A DNA stretch of 10,461 nucleotides from a virus (lineage: Duplodnaviria; Heunggongvirae; Uroviricota; Caudoviricetes). The stretch lies in IMG/VR virus record IMGVR_UViG_2526164651_000009, one strand, 5' to 3'. Numbering within the stretch: position 1 is the first letter of the stretch; every line of letters starts with the position of its first letter. A program made the position numbers and the translations under genes. Positions 1 through 7,452 of this stretch are shown piece after piece. Below the pieces are notes generated by a model. It searched no databases and was not told where the DNA came from. It saw only the letters and a program-made list of their open reading frames with translations.

Positions 1-453
1 TTAGCAAAAATTAGCATCCTCCCCACCAGCCACCCGGTATACCTCTGATAAATCACGAACATTTTTCATGTCTGCTTTCCCGGACGTTTCCATCAGTGCG
101 TTAATATCATCCCCCGTATAGCGTGATTGCGCGACGATACCAGCCAGAGAGATAACCATAGCCCGGCATACCTGGTCTATCAGACGTAACCTGGTGTCAT
201 CATTCGAGAGGGTGTAAGACTTAACCTCAGCCACATTCCGTGGATAGTTGGCGTGCCATACCGCGACAGCTCCACATTCATCAACATCGCCGCTAAGGTA
301 GGTTTTTGCCACTCGGTTATTACCCGATAACGCAATTTCTACCTCCTGTATGCCGAAAAACCATGCGGCTATCGCATGACCTGCTTCATGTATTGCAAGA
401 TGTCTGGGCCAGCGATAGCTGCCGAACTCAATAATGATGGGGTGCGTACTCAT
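1..453 (-). CDS. Small putative zinc metallopeptidase-like protein (HEAGH motif), about 150 aa; function unknown
   Basis: ORF 1..531 on the minus strand with TAA at 1-3. Preferred start is the ATG at 453-451, preceded by GAGAGGGAAG and lying 10 nt downstream of the ssb stop; the track start at 531 would overlap ssb by 68 nt. The protein contains HEAGHAIAAWFFG, an HExxH zincin-type motif resembling the FtsH/M41 signature. Family assignment is by motif only. Confidence 0.5.
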   Translation of the reverse strand: MSTHPIIIEFGSYRWPRHLAIHEAGHAIAAWFFGIQEVEIALSGNNRVAKTYLSGDVDECGAVAVWHANYPRNVAEVKSYTLSNDDTRLRLIDQVCRAMVISLAGIVAQSRYTGDDINALMETSGKADMKNVRDLSEVYRVAGGEDANFC

Positions 454-463
454 ATCTTCCCTC

Positions 464-898
464 TCAGAATGGCGTTTCATCGTCGAATGGTGGGCGTTGG
501 TCGTATTCATCACGGGATGGCTGCTGCGCACGTCTCAGCGCGTCCGTTGCCTGTCCCTGCTGTCCTGCCTTCCCGCCGGGGCGTACCGTTCTGGCGCTGA
601 TCACACTGTCTGCAATCACCTGATACCCGGTCTGTATGCCACCGTCCTGCCCTGTCCACTGGTTAACCTGCATATTGCCCGCCACGCTAACAAGGTCGCC
701 TTTCTGGTGCTTCGCCAGCGCATCGGCCTGCTTCCCAAAAGCAATAACGCCCAGCCAGAAGGTTGACTCTCCCGCCTCTGCCGCATTACAGGGGAGCGAC
801 ACCGCCAGCCGCGCCATAGCCATGTTGTTACCGTTCGTTGTGGTGCGGGTCTGGGGATCTGCCACCAGCCGCCCGTATGCTGAAATTTGTGCTGTCAT
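464..898 (-). CDS. ssb: Single-stranded DNA-binding protein (SSB), 144 aa
   Basis: ATG at 898-896 preceded by GAGGGG about 6 nt upstream. OB-fold-like N-terminal region (FWLGVIAFGKQADALAKHQKGDLVSVAGNMQVNQWTGQDGG), a Gly/Gln-rich linker and the acidic C-terminal tail PPFDDETPF, which matches the conserved SSB tail (DDDIPF in E. coli SSB). Confidence 0.85.
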   Translation of the reverse strand: MTAQISAYGRLVADPQTRTTTNGNNMAMARLAVSLPCNAAEAGESTFWLGVIAFGKQADALAKHQKGDLVSVAGNMQVNQWTGQDGGIQTGYQVIADSVISARTVRPGGKAGQQGQATDALRRAQQPSRDEYDQRPPFDDETPF

Positions 899-986
899 TT
901 TCCCCTCACTGGATTATTAGTTTTGCTAATGACGATTTCTTAATGTGGGACACCTGCCGATTTTTTTTCATAGTAAGCAAAAATAG

Positions 987-1246
987 TGTTGTCTCTGTTG
1001 TCTTTGTTGTCTCACGGCTCTACAGGCCGCGCCACGTCTGGGTTTTGCTGAGACAACATTTGCAATTTCGTGTTGTCTCACCCGGCATAAATGTTGTCTC
1101 ACTGCCTGCCAGACTAAAAACACACTTTCGCCCTGTTGTCTCAAAATGGCTAAATGTTGTCTCGGTGTTGTCTCAGAAATTAAAATAAAATCCTTATAAA
1201 TCAATCTCAATTACAAATTGAGACAACAAAGACAACCGAGACAACA
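987..1246. repeat. Iteron array, probable replication origin: about 12 copies of the 9-mer TGTTGTCTC in both orientations plus an AT-rich tract
   Basis: Direct copies at 987-995, 996-1004 (TGTTGTCTT variant), 1005-1013, 1071-1079, 1092-1100, 1134-1142, 1155-1163 and 1166-1174. Inverted copies (GAGACAACA) at 1050-1058, 1220-1228 and 1238-1246, with a degenerate one at 1229-1237. Several direct copies are spaced 21 or 42 bp apart. An AT-rich tract lies at about 1175-1219. The array sits immediately downstream of the primase-helicase gene. Confidence 0.8.
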
Positions 1247-1271
1247 CTAAAACTACGCATGTGAAGAAATA

Positions 1272-4031
1272 TTATTTTTCTGGCTGGCTGCTTTCCTCCG
1301 CCATGAAATTGAGTACATAGACGCGAATCTGTCGCCCATCCTCCCTTACTCGCCCCTGATAGCCTCGCCCGCTCGTTGGTGGTGTAAGCATTCCTGCATT
1401 CTTTAGAACTTCGGCAAACTGTTTGGTATTGAAGCCCTTTGCAATCTCCTGCTCAAACGCTGCCGGGAAGGTGTAGAAAATTATCGGGTCGCCGTCGTGG
1501 TTCCCCTTCTTCCTGTACCCGGCTAAATCACGGATGGGTAAATCGCGCGGGTCATAACCCAGCGGCGCGAATCGACTCAGCCCATAGGCATTCAAAAACG
1601 CCTCCGTCTGCTCAATAATCTGCTGGTGCTCTTTGTTCCCCGTGCCGAACTCACGCAACCACGCATTGTAGCTGTGCTGTATCGCATCACGGCACGTTTG
1701 ATCATCCCAGCCAGTAACCACGCCACCCAGCAGTAAAGCAGCCTCCAGAATGGCGAACCTTGCCCCTACACGGTGAACCTGTTCCCCATAGTCGGCAGGA
1801 ATAAGACTGCGCCAGCGAGCTTCACAGTCACGAACGGTATCAATGGCCTGCTGCTGGTGGCCTGCAAGCCATCTGATCCACTCCCGCCCGGCAGCGCCGT
1901 GATTGCTCTGCCACGCGGATTTTAATGCGTCTGCATGGTCTTTCCCTGTCTGGTGCTCATGAAAGCGCACCGCCTTACTTAACGGGATATTCAGCAGGCG
2001 CACCAGTTGCCCCGCTTTTGTCTTGCGTCCTGCGGTGGCAATGAACGTTTCTAAATCCATTTCCCCGGTGCTGATTGCCACGGTACGCCAGCGTTTTAGA
2101 TCCCGGTTTCCGCCTTCTTTCGCGCCCTGCAATTTCCCCACGCCGTTAAACAGGGCATAGGCAGACTGAGAAACGCTTATCGGGTCTGCGCCCTGTCCGA
2201 CTTCATCCAGCGGCATCAGTCCGTCATTGTGGGCGGCGGCCTCGTTTATCAGCCCCAGCGCCGTCCCGTACCACGTCAGGCGCAAGGCATCAGGGTTCCC
2301 GTATAGACTGCTAGCCACGTTCTGCGTGGTTGTTTTCCCGGCGCTCGATTGCTCATAAAAATGAATCCCGAATCCGTCACGCTCTGCCACCCCGATTAAT
2401 GGCGCTGCCAGTGCTGCGGCAATGCCTGTCATCATCGCGTAGTTGCCGTATGCCAGCCGCGCGACACTGTTGCGCCAGCTTTCCGGCGTTCCTGCTACGG
2501 TATACCCGGCAGCGGCTGAACTGCGCCCGCTGAACAAAACAGGCCGCTCAGGTGTGCCGATGATTTCCCCGTCCGGCATGATGTATGCCCCGCACTGCCA
2601 GCCTGTAGCATGAGCAACGCGCCACAATTCACGCGAGCCGCTCCGCTGTAGCCAGTCGGCAAGGATCGCCCGTAAACTGCTTTTGGTCGTGACGTTAACC
2701 CCACCAGCTTTCAGGGTGCGCCAGCCTTCACGCTCGCCAATATCAGCCAGCGGGATAGCCGCTGTTGTCGGTATGCCTGCACCGAATGCCAGCCATGAGA
2801 TAATAAGATACTGATCTTTGTCGTCGCGTCCCGTGCCGATAACCTCCAACGGGGAACATAACCAGCTTTCAGCGTTGACGATCTCCCCGCTTTCCTTGTC
2901 CACCTTCGGCGTTACCCAGAAAACGCCATCTTTGCGGCTCTCAATGTGGGGTTTTAGTGGATCTTTCTCTGGATGGTCAGTTTTACCGCCCTCAATGGCT
3001 TGCAATCGCGGTTTCACGGCTTCCCCTTGAATCTGGTACATCGAATCGTTAAACGCAGCCGTAGCGACTTCCAGCCCGTTTTGCTGGCGGTAGTCGTCCC
3101 AGTCGGCTTTGTAGTCTGTCGGCGGCAGCGCCACCCAGCCAGCCACGGATAAGGCGGCTTTCTCTGCGGCATCTTTGCCCGTGTTCGCCTGGTCGTCCTG
3201 CTGGTGGTCGTTATCTGCGGCAATGATAATTTGCGACTGCGGGTGTTTCCGGCGCATTACTCCGGCAACGTGGATCAGGTTCCCGGCGTCAATTGCCGCC
3301 ACTGTAAGCGCGTCCGGGCGCATCAGGTGGACTGATAAAGTGGTTGCCAGCCCCTCGGCAATAATCACCGCCTGCGGCTGTTCCGGTGCGTTAACGGCGT
3401 GATATGCCCCGCGCTTTGCTGAACCTGTCAGGAGTCGCTTCTCTCCCTGCGGTGTAATGGTTTGCGCTGCTGCCACTGCGCCGGATTCGTCCACCAGCTC
3501 CAGCAATAACGAACCATCCGGCATTACCGGATATTTAAACCCGGTCAGCCCTTTTGATTGCAGGTAATCAGATTCTCCCTGTGTGGCACTCTGGCGCATT
3601 CCGGCATACAGACGGGCAAACGTAGCCCTTCGCTGCTCTGCATCCTCTGCTGCCTGTTTCTGGCGCTCCTGCTCACGCTGCTGGCGGTCAGCTTCCAGTT
3701 GCTCTCTTCTATGGCTCGCTGCCACCGGGTCGGTTTCCGCTGCCCGGTAATCAATACCCAGCACGTCAGCGGCAAGCTGTGCCGCCTCCGTAGTGTCGCA
3801 GTTGTTAACCCGCTTGATTAAATCCAGCCCGTCACCAGCGCCACACTGGTTGCAGATAAAGCTACCGCGCCCGTTGTCGTCGAATCTGAAACGGTCTTTT
3901 CCACCACATGCAGGGCATGGAGAATGGCGGCGCGATGAATCAGGCACGTCGATAGACAATCCAGCCAGCACATAAGGCCAGCGCCCGGCGGCGGCACTGG
4001 TCACTTCGCGGATAAGGTCGATATTACGCAT
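1272..4031 (-). CDS. Primase-helicase replication protein (N-terminal zinc ribbon, TOPRIM domain, C-terminal P-loop NTPase), 919 aa
   Basis: ATG at 4031-4029 with AGGGGG about 6 nt upstream. Zinc-ribbon motif CPACGG...FICNQCG near the N-terminus; TOPRIM-like IIAEG and IIIAADNDHQQDD (DxD); Walker A-like EQSSAGKTT and Walker B-like LMPLDEVG in the C-terminal half. The start overlaps the stop of the upstream gene in the 8-nt sequence ATGCGTAA. Confidence 0.85.
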   Translation of the reverse strand: MRNIDLIREVTSAAAGRWPYVLAGLSIDVPDSSRRHSPCPACGGKDRFRFDDNGRGSFICNQCGAGDGLDLIKRVNNCDTTEAAQLAADVLGIDYRAAETDPVAASHRREQLEADRQQREQERQKQAAEDAEQRRATFARLYAGMRQSATQGESDYLQSKGLTGFKYPVMPDGSLLLELVDESGAVAAAQTITPQGEKRLLTGSAKRGAYHAVNAPEQPQAVIIAEGLATTLSVHLMRPDALTVAAIDAGNLIHVAGVMRRKHPQSQIIIAADNDHQQDDQANTGKDAAEKAALSVAGWVALPPTDYKADWDDYRQQNGLEVATAAFNDSMYQIQGEAVKPRLQAIEGGKTDHPEKDPLKPHIESRKDGVFWVTPKVDKESGEIVNAESWLCSPLEVIGTGRDDKDQYLIISWLAFGAGIPTTAAIPLADIGEREGWRTLKAGGVNVTTKSSLRAILADWLQRSGSRELWRVAHATGWQCGAYIMPDGEIIGTPERPVLFSGRSSAAAGYTVAGTPESWRNSVARLAYGNYAMMTGIAAALAAPLIGVAERDGFGIHFYEQSSAGKTTTQNVASSLYGNPDALRLTWYGTALGLINEAAAHNDGLMPLDEVGQGADPISVSQSAYALFNGVGKLQGAKEGGNRDLKRWRTVAISTGEMDLETFIATAGRKTKAGQLVRLLNIPLSKAVRFHEHQTGKDHADALKSAWQSNHGAAGREWIRWLAGHQQQAIDTVRDCEARWRSLIPADYGEQVHRVGARFAILEAALLLGGVVTGWDDQTCRDAIQHSYNAWLREFGTGNKEHQQIIEQTEAFLNAYGLSRFAPLGYDPRDLPIRDLAGYRKKGNHDGDPIIFYTFPAAFEQEIAKGFNTKQFAEVLKNAGMLTPPTSGRGYQGRVREDGRQIRVYVLNFMAEESSQPEK

Positions 4032-4365
4032 GGTTGCCCCCTGCCACGGTCGCGCCCATGTCTTTAACCATGCTTTGCCATATCTCGCGCCCGACGTCAG
4101 TCAATCCGTCCTTAGTGACGCAACGCTCAAGAAGCTCGACCCCCACGGTTTCCCACTGCGGGTAGGATACTTTCATGGCTGCCAGTGTGTAGCTATCGAT
4201 CAGGCTGCGAACGCCTTTTACTCCATTGACGATTTCCACACGGACGGCGAGGCCGTCCGCATCAACCATGAAATAGTCCCCGCCGCTGGTGGAGGTAATG
4301 TGGTTATACAGTGCCGATGCATACTTATTCGCCAGCGCATTCAGTCGGAAATTTTTAGTAATCAT
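4024..4365 (-). CDS. Hypothetical protein, 113 aa
   Basis: ATG at 4365-4363 preceded by GAGGGGG. The stop overlaps the primase start (ATGCGTAA). No recognisable motifs. Confidence 0.65.
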   Translation of the reverse strand: MITKNFRLNALANKYASALYNHITSTSGGDYFMVDADGLAVRVEIVNGVKGVRSLIDSYTLAAMKVSYPQWETVGVELLERCVTKDGLTDVGREIWQSMVKDMGATVAGGNHA

Positions 4366-4374
4366 GTCACCCCC

Positions 4375-5001
4375 TCAGTGCGCCAGCGGCATTTCAGGCC
4401 AGCCGTTTTCATCCAGTTCAGCTATAAAGCTGTTGTGAAGTTCAGCAAGCGTTTCACGCCCGAACGGGGTCAACTCGCCGCGCTCCGTGTCGATCATGGC
4501 CTGATAAAAAACAATGGCGTTCGCTGTTCCCTGCTCAATGCCGTAGCGCTCAACCATTGCGCCCTCCATGTTGTTAGCCATCGCCAGACGTTCCGCGAAC
4601 GGGTAAACCACAATCCCCGCCGTGCCATTGGAGTAAATCGCCACCTGCGATGAAGTGTCGTCAGACTCAGTTACCGTGGTTGTGCCGTTTTCGCGCTTCA
4701 TCTCAGAAATGAACGTCGCAGCAATCAGCCAGCGCCACATAGTGACGTTATGCTGCGCGGTGAAGTCGAACCAGCCACGCGCCCCGTCATCAGCAACGGC
4801 AAAATGAATGGCGTATCCGATATCTGGCTTATCGTCGTACTCTCCGGCGTCAAGGCCGTTCACGGCGCTCTCGTAGCTGATAAGAGCAACCTGCTCATAT
4901 CCCCCGGCATCATTGCGGGTCATGATATTGACGCCGTGCGGTGTGGCTTCGGCGTGTAATAAGTCGGCATTTCCCGATTTAATGGTCGGTGCGTTGCTCA
5001 T
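4375..5001 (-). CDS. Hypothetical protein, 208 aa
   Basis: ATG at 5001-4999 preceded by GGAGGG about 7 nt upstream. The start overlaps the stop of the upstream gene in ATGA. No recognisable motifs. Confidence 0.7.
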   Translation of the reverse strand: MSNAPTIKSGNADLLHAEATPHGVNIMTRNDAGGYEQVALISYESAVNGLDAGEYDDKPDIGYAIHFAVADDGARGWFDFTAQHNVTMWRWLIAATFISEMKRENGTTTVTESDDTSSQVAIYSNGTAGIVVYPFAERLAMANNMEGAMVERYGIEQGTANAIVFYQAMIDTERGELTPFGRETLAELHNSFIAELDENGWPEMPLAH

Positions 5002-5261
5002 GCGCTGCCCTCCGCATCAATTCTGGCTATATCGACAATCATCAGGACTTTACTCAGCCAGCAATACGCGATGGCTGCTTGCTCAACTTCGAGGAGTGGT
5101 AATAAATCGGTCATAACGTGAGCCAGCCCATTGCGGGCGCGGGTCATGCGTTCTGCTGTTCGGTCTGCCAGCGTAAAATCATCCGGGCATGCTTCTTTAC
5201 GAGATAGCATCGATTCGGCTTCCAGATCTGCCGGGTGGCGATAGATGGTATTTATGTTCAT
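4998..5261 (-). CDS. Hypothetical protein, 87 aa
   Basis: ATG at 5261-5259 preceded by AGGGAGGG. ATGA overlap with the upstream gene stop and again with the downstream gene start. Confidence 0.6.
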   Translation of the reverse strand: MNINTIYRHPADLEAESMLSRKEACPDDFTLADRTAERMTRARNGLAHVMTDLLPLLEVEQAAIAYCWLSKVLMIVDIARIDAEGSA

Positions 5262-5572
5262 TTGCCCGCCCTCCCTTTGGCTTCTTTTTCACTGATTGAG
5301 CGCAAGAATGCGGCGTTTGCAGCGCTATCGTTCAGCGCCCGCGCAACTTCTCCGATATGTCCCAGCATTGCGCCTAATCTGTACATATCAGCCTTAGCGC
5401 TTTCCTCCGGGTAGCCATCGCTACCAGCCGCCCAGAACATGAGGCTACCAATGGCACTTACGCCCAGCATTAAATCATCCACGGCATCACTGGCGCGGCT
5501 CTCAATTCCGTTCAGATCATCAGGTGTACAACCATCAAATTTGCAGGACACTAAATCGTCATACATGCTCAT
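5258..5572 (-). CDS. Hypothetical acidic protein, 104 aa
   Basis: ATG at 5572-5570 preceded by GAGGTGG. ATGA overlaps at both ends. Confidence 0.6.
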   Translation of the reverse strand: MSMYDDLVSCKFDGCTPDDLNGIESRASDAVDDLMLGVSAIGSLMFWAAGSDGYPEESAKADMYRLGAMLGHIGEVARALNDSAANAAFLRSISEKEAKGRAGK

Positions 5573-5748
5573 GCCGCCACCTCACGAACGCGGGTAATCT
5601 GGATGTGGGAAAGGCGTTCATTTCTGGCCTGATTTAGCGCCTCAGCTTTGGCGCTGATCGCGCTGCGGGCGTCAACGATATAAACGAACTCGACTAATTC
5701 GCCGCTCTGGGCGGTGGCGCATCCTGCAACACGGAAGTAATTAAGCAT
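5569..5748 (-). CDS. Hypothetical small protein, 59 aa
   Basis: Preferred start is the ATG at 5748-5746 with AGGGGG about 6 nt upstream; the track start at 5778 is a TTG and would overlap the Icd-like gene by 38 nt. The start overlaps the Icd-like stop in ATGCTTAA. Confidence 0.5.
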   Translation of the reverse strand: MLNYFRVAGCATAQSGELVEFVYIVDARSAISAKAEALNQARNERLSHIQITRVREVAA

Positions 5749-5932
5749 GTGCGCCCCCTGTGCGAATACGTCCGGCAAAAAAGCAAACGTGATCCCGCGC
5801 CAGAATGCGGCGGGCTTCCTGCTCAGTCTCTGCGGCGATATGGTGAATTTTGGCGGTAATTGTCGGCATATCGCGGCGAACTGCTGCGATAATCCAGATA
5901 AATTGCGGTTTTTGGGTAGGGGTAGTAGCCAT
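5741..5932 (-). CDS. Icd-like small protein (host cell-division inhibitor Icd family, tentative), 63 aa
   Basis: C-terminal 63 codons of track ORF 5741..6493. ATG at 5932-5930 is preceded by a strong SD, AAGGAGG, 8 nt upstream; the longer ORF has no such signal and contains a terminator-like hairpin. The family name is from recalled resemblance to Icd-like proteins of P4-like prophages, not from a search. Confidence 0.6.
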   Translation of the reverse strand: MATTPTQKPQFIWIIAAVRRDMPTITAKIHHIAAETEQEARRILARDHVCFFAGRIRTGGAHA

Positions 5933-5940
5933 TATGGCAG

Positions 5941-6035
5941 CCTCCTTTGTGTTTAAGGAGTCACCGCCTGACGTCTCAATGTCATGATTGGCGGTGACGT
6001 CAGCGGGGTTGAGACTACCGGACACAAAGGAAACC
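5941..6035 (-). ncRNA. Candidate C4-type antisense RNA or structured regulatory leader upstream of the Icd-like gene
   Basis: A perfect 10-nt inverted repeat: 6022-6031 (ACACAAAGGA on plus) is the reverse complement of 5943-5952 (TCCTTTGTGT), and the latter covers most of the SD of the Icd-like gene. Between them is a 9-bp stem (5960-5968 GTCACCGCC with 5990-5998 GGCGGTGAC). A local 6-bp hairpin (5942-5947 with 5955-5960) also includes the SD. Exact RNA ends cannot be determined from sequence. Confidence 0.3.
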
Positions 6036-6121
6036 GGCCTATCCGAAGATAGCCCCACTGACGCCACCATAGATACAGTACGGGCAAGGCCGCTGATTTG
6101 ATGTGCGTGGTGATCGGACAC

Positions 6122-6144
6122 AAAAAAAGACGCTTTCGGCGTCT
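6122..6144 (-). terminator. Candidate rho-independent terminator for the upstream alpA-side operon
   Basis: On the minus strand: stem AGACGC, loop CGAAA, stem GCGUCU, followed by six U (plus-strand A-run at 6122-6127). The stem is short (6 bp) but GC-rich. Confidence 0.35.
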
Positions 6145-6282
6145 GTGTCGCCCTTAGTGTGTTCGGGGTCTCAATCCCGGTTGCTGATTTTGCAGCAACG
6201 CTTGGACTATAACAGCTTTTCTCTGCTAGGTGGTCATACCAGATAAAACCGTAACCCTTTAAGAGTTTTCCCTGTGCACGGC

Positions 6283-6435
6283 TCACCATCTTTTTGTTGA
6301 GGGTAAGCGCCTCGCGTACTGGTAACGGAACTCCGGGCGCTGCGGTATCAATATCAGGTTTTGTAAGGTTGCAGATGTCAACTTTTGACAACATGCCAGC
6401 CAGATTAAAGGCTTCTTTCTGGGCGGCAGGTTCAT
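6283..6435 (-). CDS. Possible small basic ORF, 50 aa (MNLPPRKKPLIWLACCQK...), uncertain
   Basis: ATG at 6435-6433 overlaps the TGA of the upstream DUF4222-like gene (ATGA coupling); TGA at 6285-6283. No independent SD and the composition is unusual. Not in the supplied track because it is under 60 aa. Confidence 0.15.
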   Translation of the reverse strand: MNLPPRKKPLIWLACCQKLTSATLQNLILIPQRPEFRYQYARRLPSTKRW

Positions 6436-6614
6436 TCAGTATCACGGCGCACCTCCACGAACTCATTAACGAATCTCTCCAAAGGCTGAACACATGGCGA
6501 CTGATAGCCCTCGCGGTAAAAGGTCACTCGGTTATGCTCGACGCGCTGTACGGTCACTACAGCCCCGTGACTGTCCTTGTAACGGCTTCCCGGCATCGGA
6601 TTATGGTTACGCAT
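6432..6614 (-). CDS. Small protein, DUF4222-like (tentative), 60 aa
   Basis: ATG at 6614-6612 with GGAGG about 7 nt upstream. The start overlaps the upstream stop in ATGCGTAA. The sequence pattern (GAVVTVQRV...VTFYREGYQSPCVQPLERF) resembles small DUF4222 proteins of P4-like prophages, from recall only. Confidence 0.55.
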   Translation of the reverse strand: MRNHNPMPGSRYKDSHGAVVTVQRVEHNRVTFYREGYQSPCVQPLERFVNEFVEVRRDTE

Positions 6615-7440
6615 GGTTTACCTCCAGACGCTTAGCGAGCCAGCGTTGCGACAGGCGGGTGAGTTCTCCTTTGCGCTGCTCATATTCCATGCCCATATCA
6701 ATTAACGTGATATTGGTGCTTTCGAGATAGGCGAGGTGTTCAAGCTGTGCTGCGTTCATGCTGTCCCGTGGTTCGCCAGTAATGCCATTTGCCTGCGCCC
6801 ACTGCTTCGCCGTCATGCCACCCAGCACGATACGGGCGATCATGTTGCTCTCGTTGCTGTAGTGGCGCTGCTGCGTCGTTTTACCCAGCTCGGCACGGGC
6901 CATATTCAGCGCATCGCACATTGGCTTAAAATTGTTTGCGGCACTGATACGGGCTTTTAGCTGGCGACGATAGCGGGCGGCGATTTCAGGCACGCTACGC
7001 TGTAATTCTTCCTCGCACTGGATGAAATAACGGCGGATAGCGCGGCCCTGTTCGGTGCGTTCGACCATCGCCAGTTCTTTCGCCATTCCGACACTTAACA
7101 GATAGTCTTTGCCGGGTCTGCCAGACTGTTTAATCTTGCTGTAAGCCACGCCATTCGGGCTTTTCCCCAGATTTGGGGAAATTGTTTTATGGACTGAGTA
7201 ATCGTGCCCAATGGTGAAGTCATATTCAGAGATGCGATCAGTGATCCATGTAGAGAAGTCTTTTCCCACGCCCAACGCTTTGTGTAACGCTTTGGCGCTA
7301 ACAATATTGGTTTCACGCCCACCGATATGACCAGGAATAACCGGGACAATTGTGGCAAATTCATTACCGTTAATTGTGCCCTGATAGGCGTTCAGATGAG
7401 GGGCGGCCTCAGAAATTAATCTGCTTTTTTCGATGTTCAT
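6607..7440 (-). CDS. Phage antirepressor-like regulatory protein (AntA-type N-terminal domain, tentative), 277 aa
   Basis: ATG at 7440-7438 with GGAG about 8 nt upstream. N-terminal region SAKALHKALGVGKDFSTWITDRI resembles the AntA/ORF6N-type antirepressor signature (F-S/N-D/T-W-I..RI). The C-terminal half is unassigned. Confidence 0.5.
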   Translation of the reverse strand: MNIEKSRLISEAAPHLNAYQGTINGNEFATIVPVIPGHIGGRETNIVSAKALHKALGVGKDFSTWITDRISEYDFTIGHDYSVHKTISPNLGKSPNGVAYSKIKQSGRPGKDYLLSVGMAKELAMVERTEQGRAIRRYFIQCEEELQRSVPEIAARYRRQLKARISAANNFKPMCDALNMARAELGKTTQQRHYSNESNMIARIVLGGMTAKQWAQANGITGEPRDSMNAAQLEHLAYLESTNITLIDMGMEYEQRKGELTRLSQRWLAKRLEVNHA

Positions 7441-7452
7441 TTTCAGTCTCCG

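Noticed and set aside
454-531. Longer start for the metallopeptidase-like gene at 531
   Set aside because: It would overlap the ssb coding region by 68 nt, whereas the ATG at 453 has an SD and sits 10 nt after the ssb stop.
376-920. Plus-strand track ORFs 376..600, 434..766 and 636..920
   Set aside because: They lie antisense to the well-supported ssb and metallopeptidase-like genes, lack SD sequences and have low-complexity, Arg/Pro-rich translations.
838-1210. Track ORFs 838..1188 (+) and 968..1210 (-) across the repeat region
   Set aside because: They are built from the iteron repeats (repetitive VVS/CLL peptides) and have no SD. They are artefacts of the origin array.
987-1246. Possible CRISPR array
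   Set aside because: The repeat unit is only 9 bp, occurs in both orientations with irregular spacing, and has no uniform spacers. This fits iterons, not CRISPR.
4030-4653. Plus-strand ORF of 207 aa
   Set aside because: It is antisense to two minus-strand genes that have strong SDs and coupling. It has no SD and disrupts an otherwise uniform operon.
6060-6110. Possible LexA (SOS) box near TACTGTATCTATGG on the minus strand
   Set aside because: The CTG and CAG half-site spacing does not fit the CTGT-N8-ACAG consensus.
5741-6493. Track ORF of 250 aa on the minus strand
   Set aside because: Only the last 63 codons have a strong SD (AAGGAGG 8 nt upstream of the ATG at 5932). The upstream part contains a terminator-like hairpin with a U-run and structured inverted repeats, and its candidate ATGs lack SD sequences. 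It is more likely leader or non-coding sequence read through in frame.
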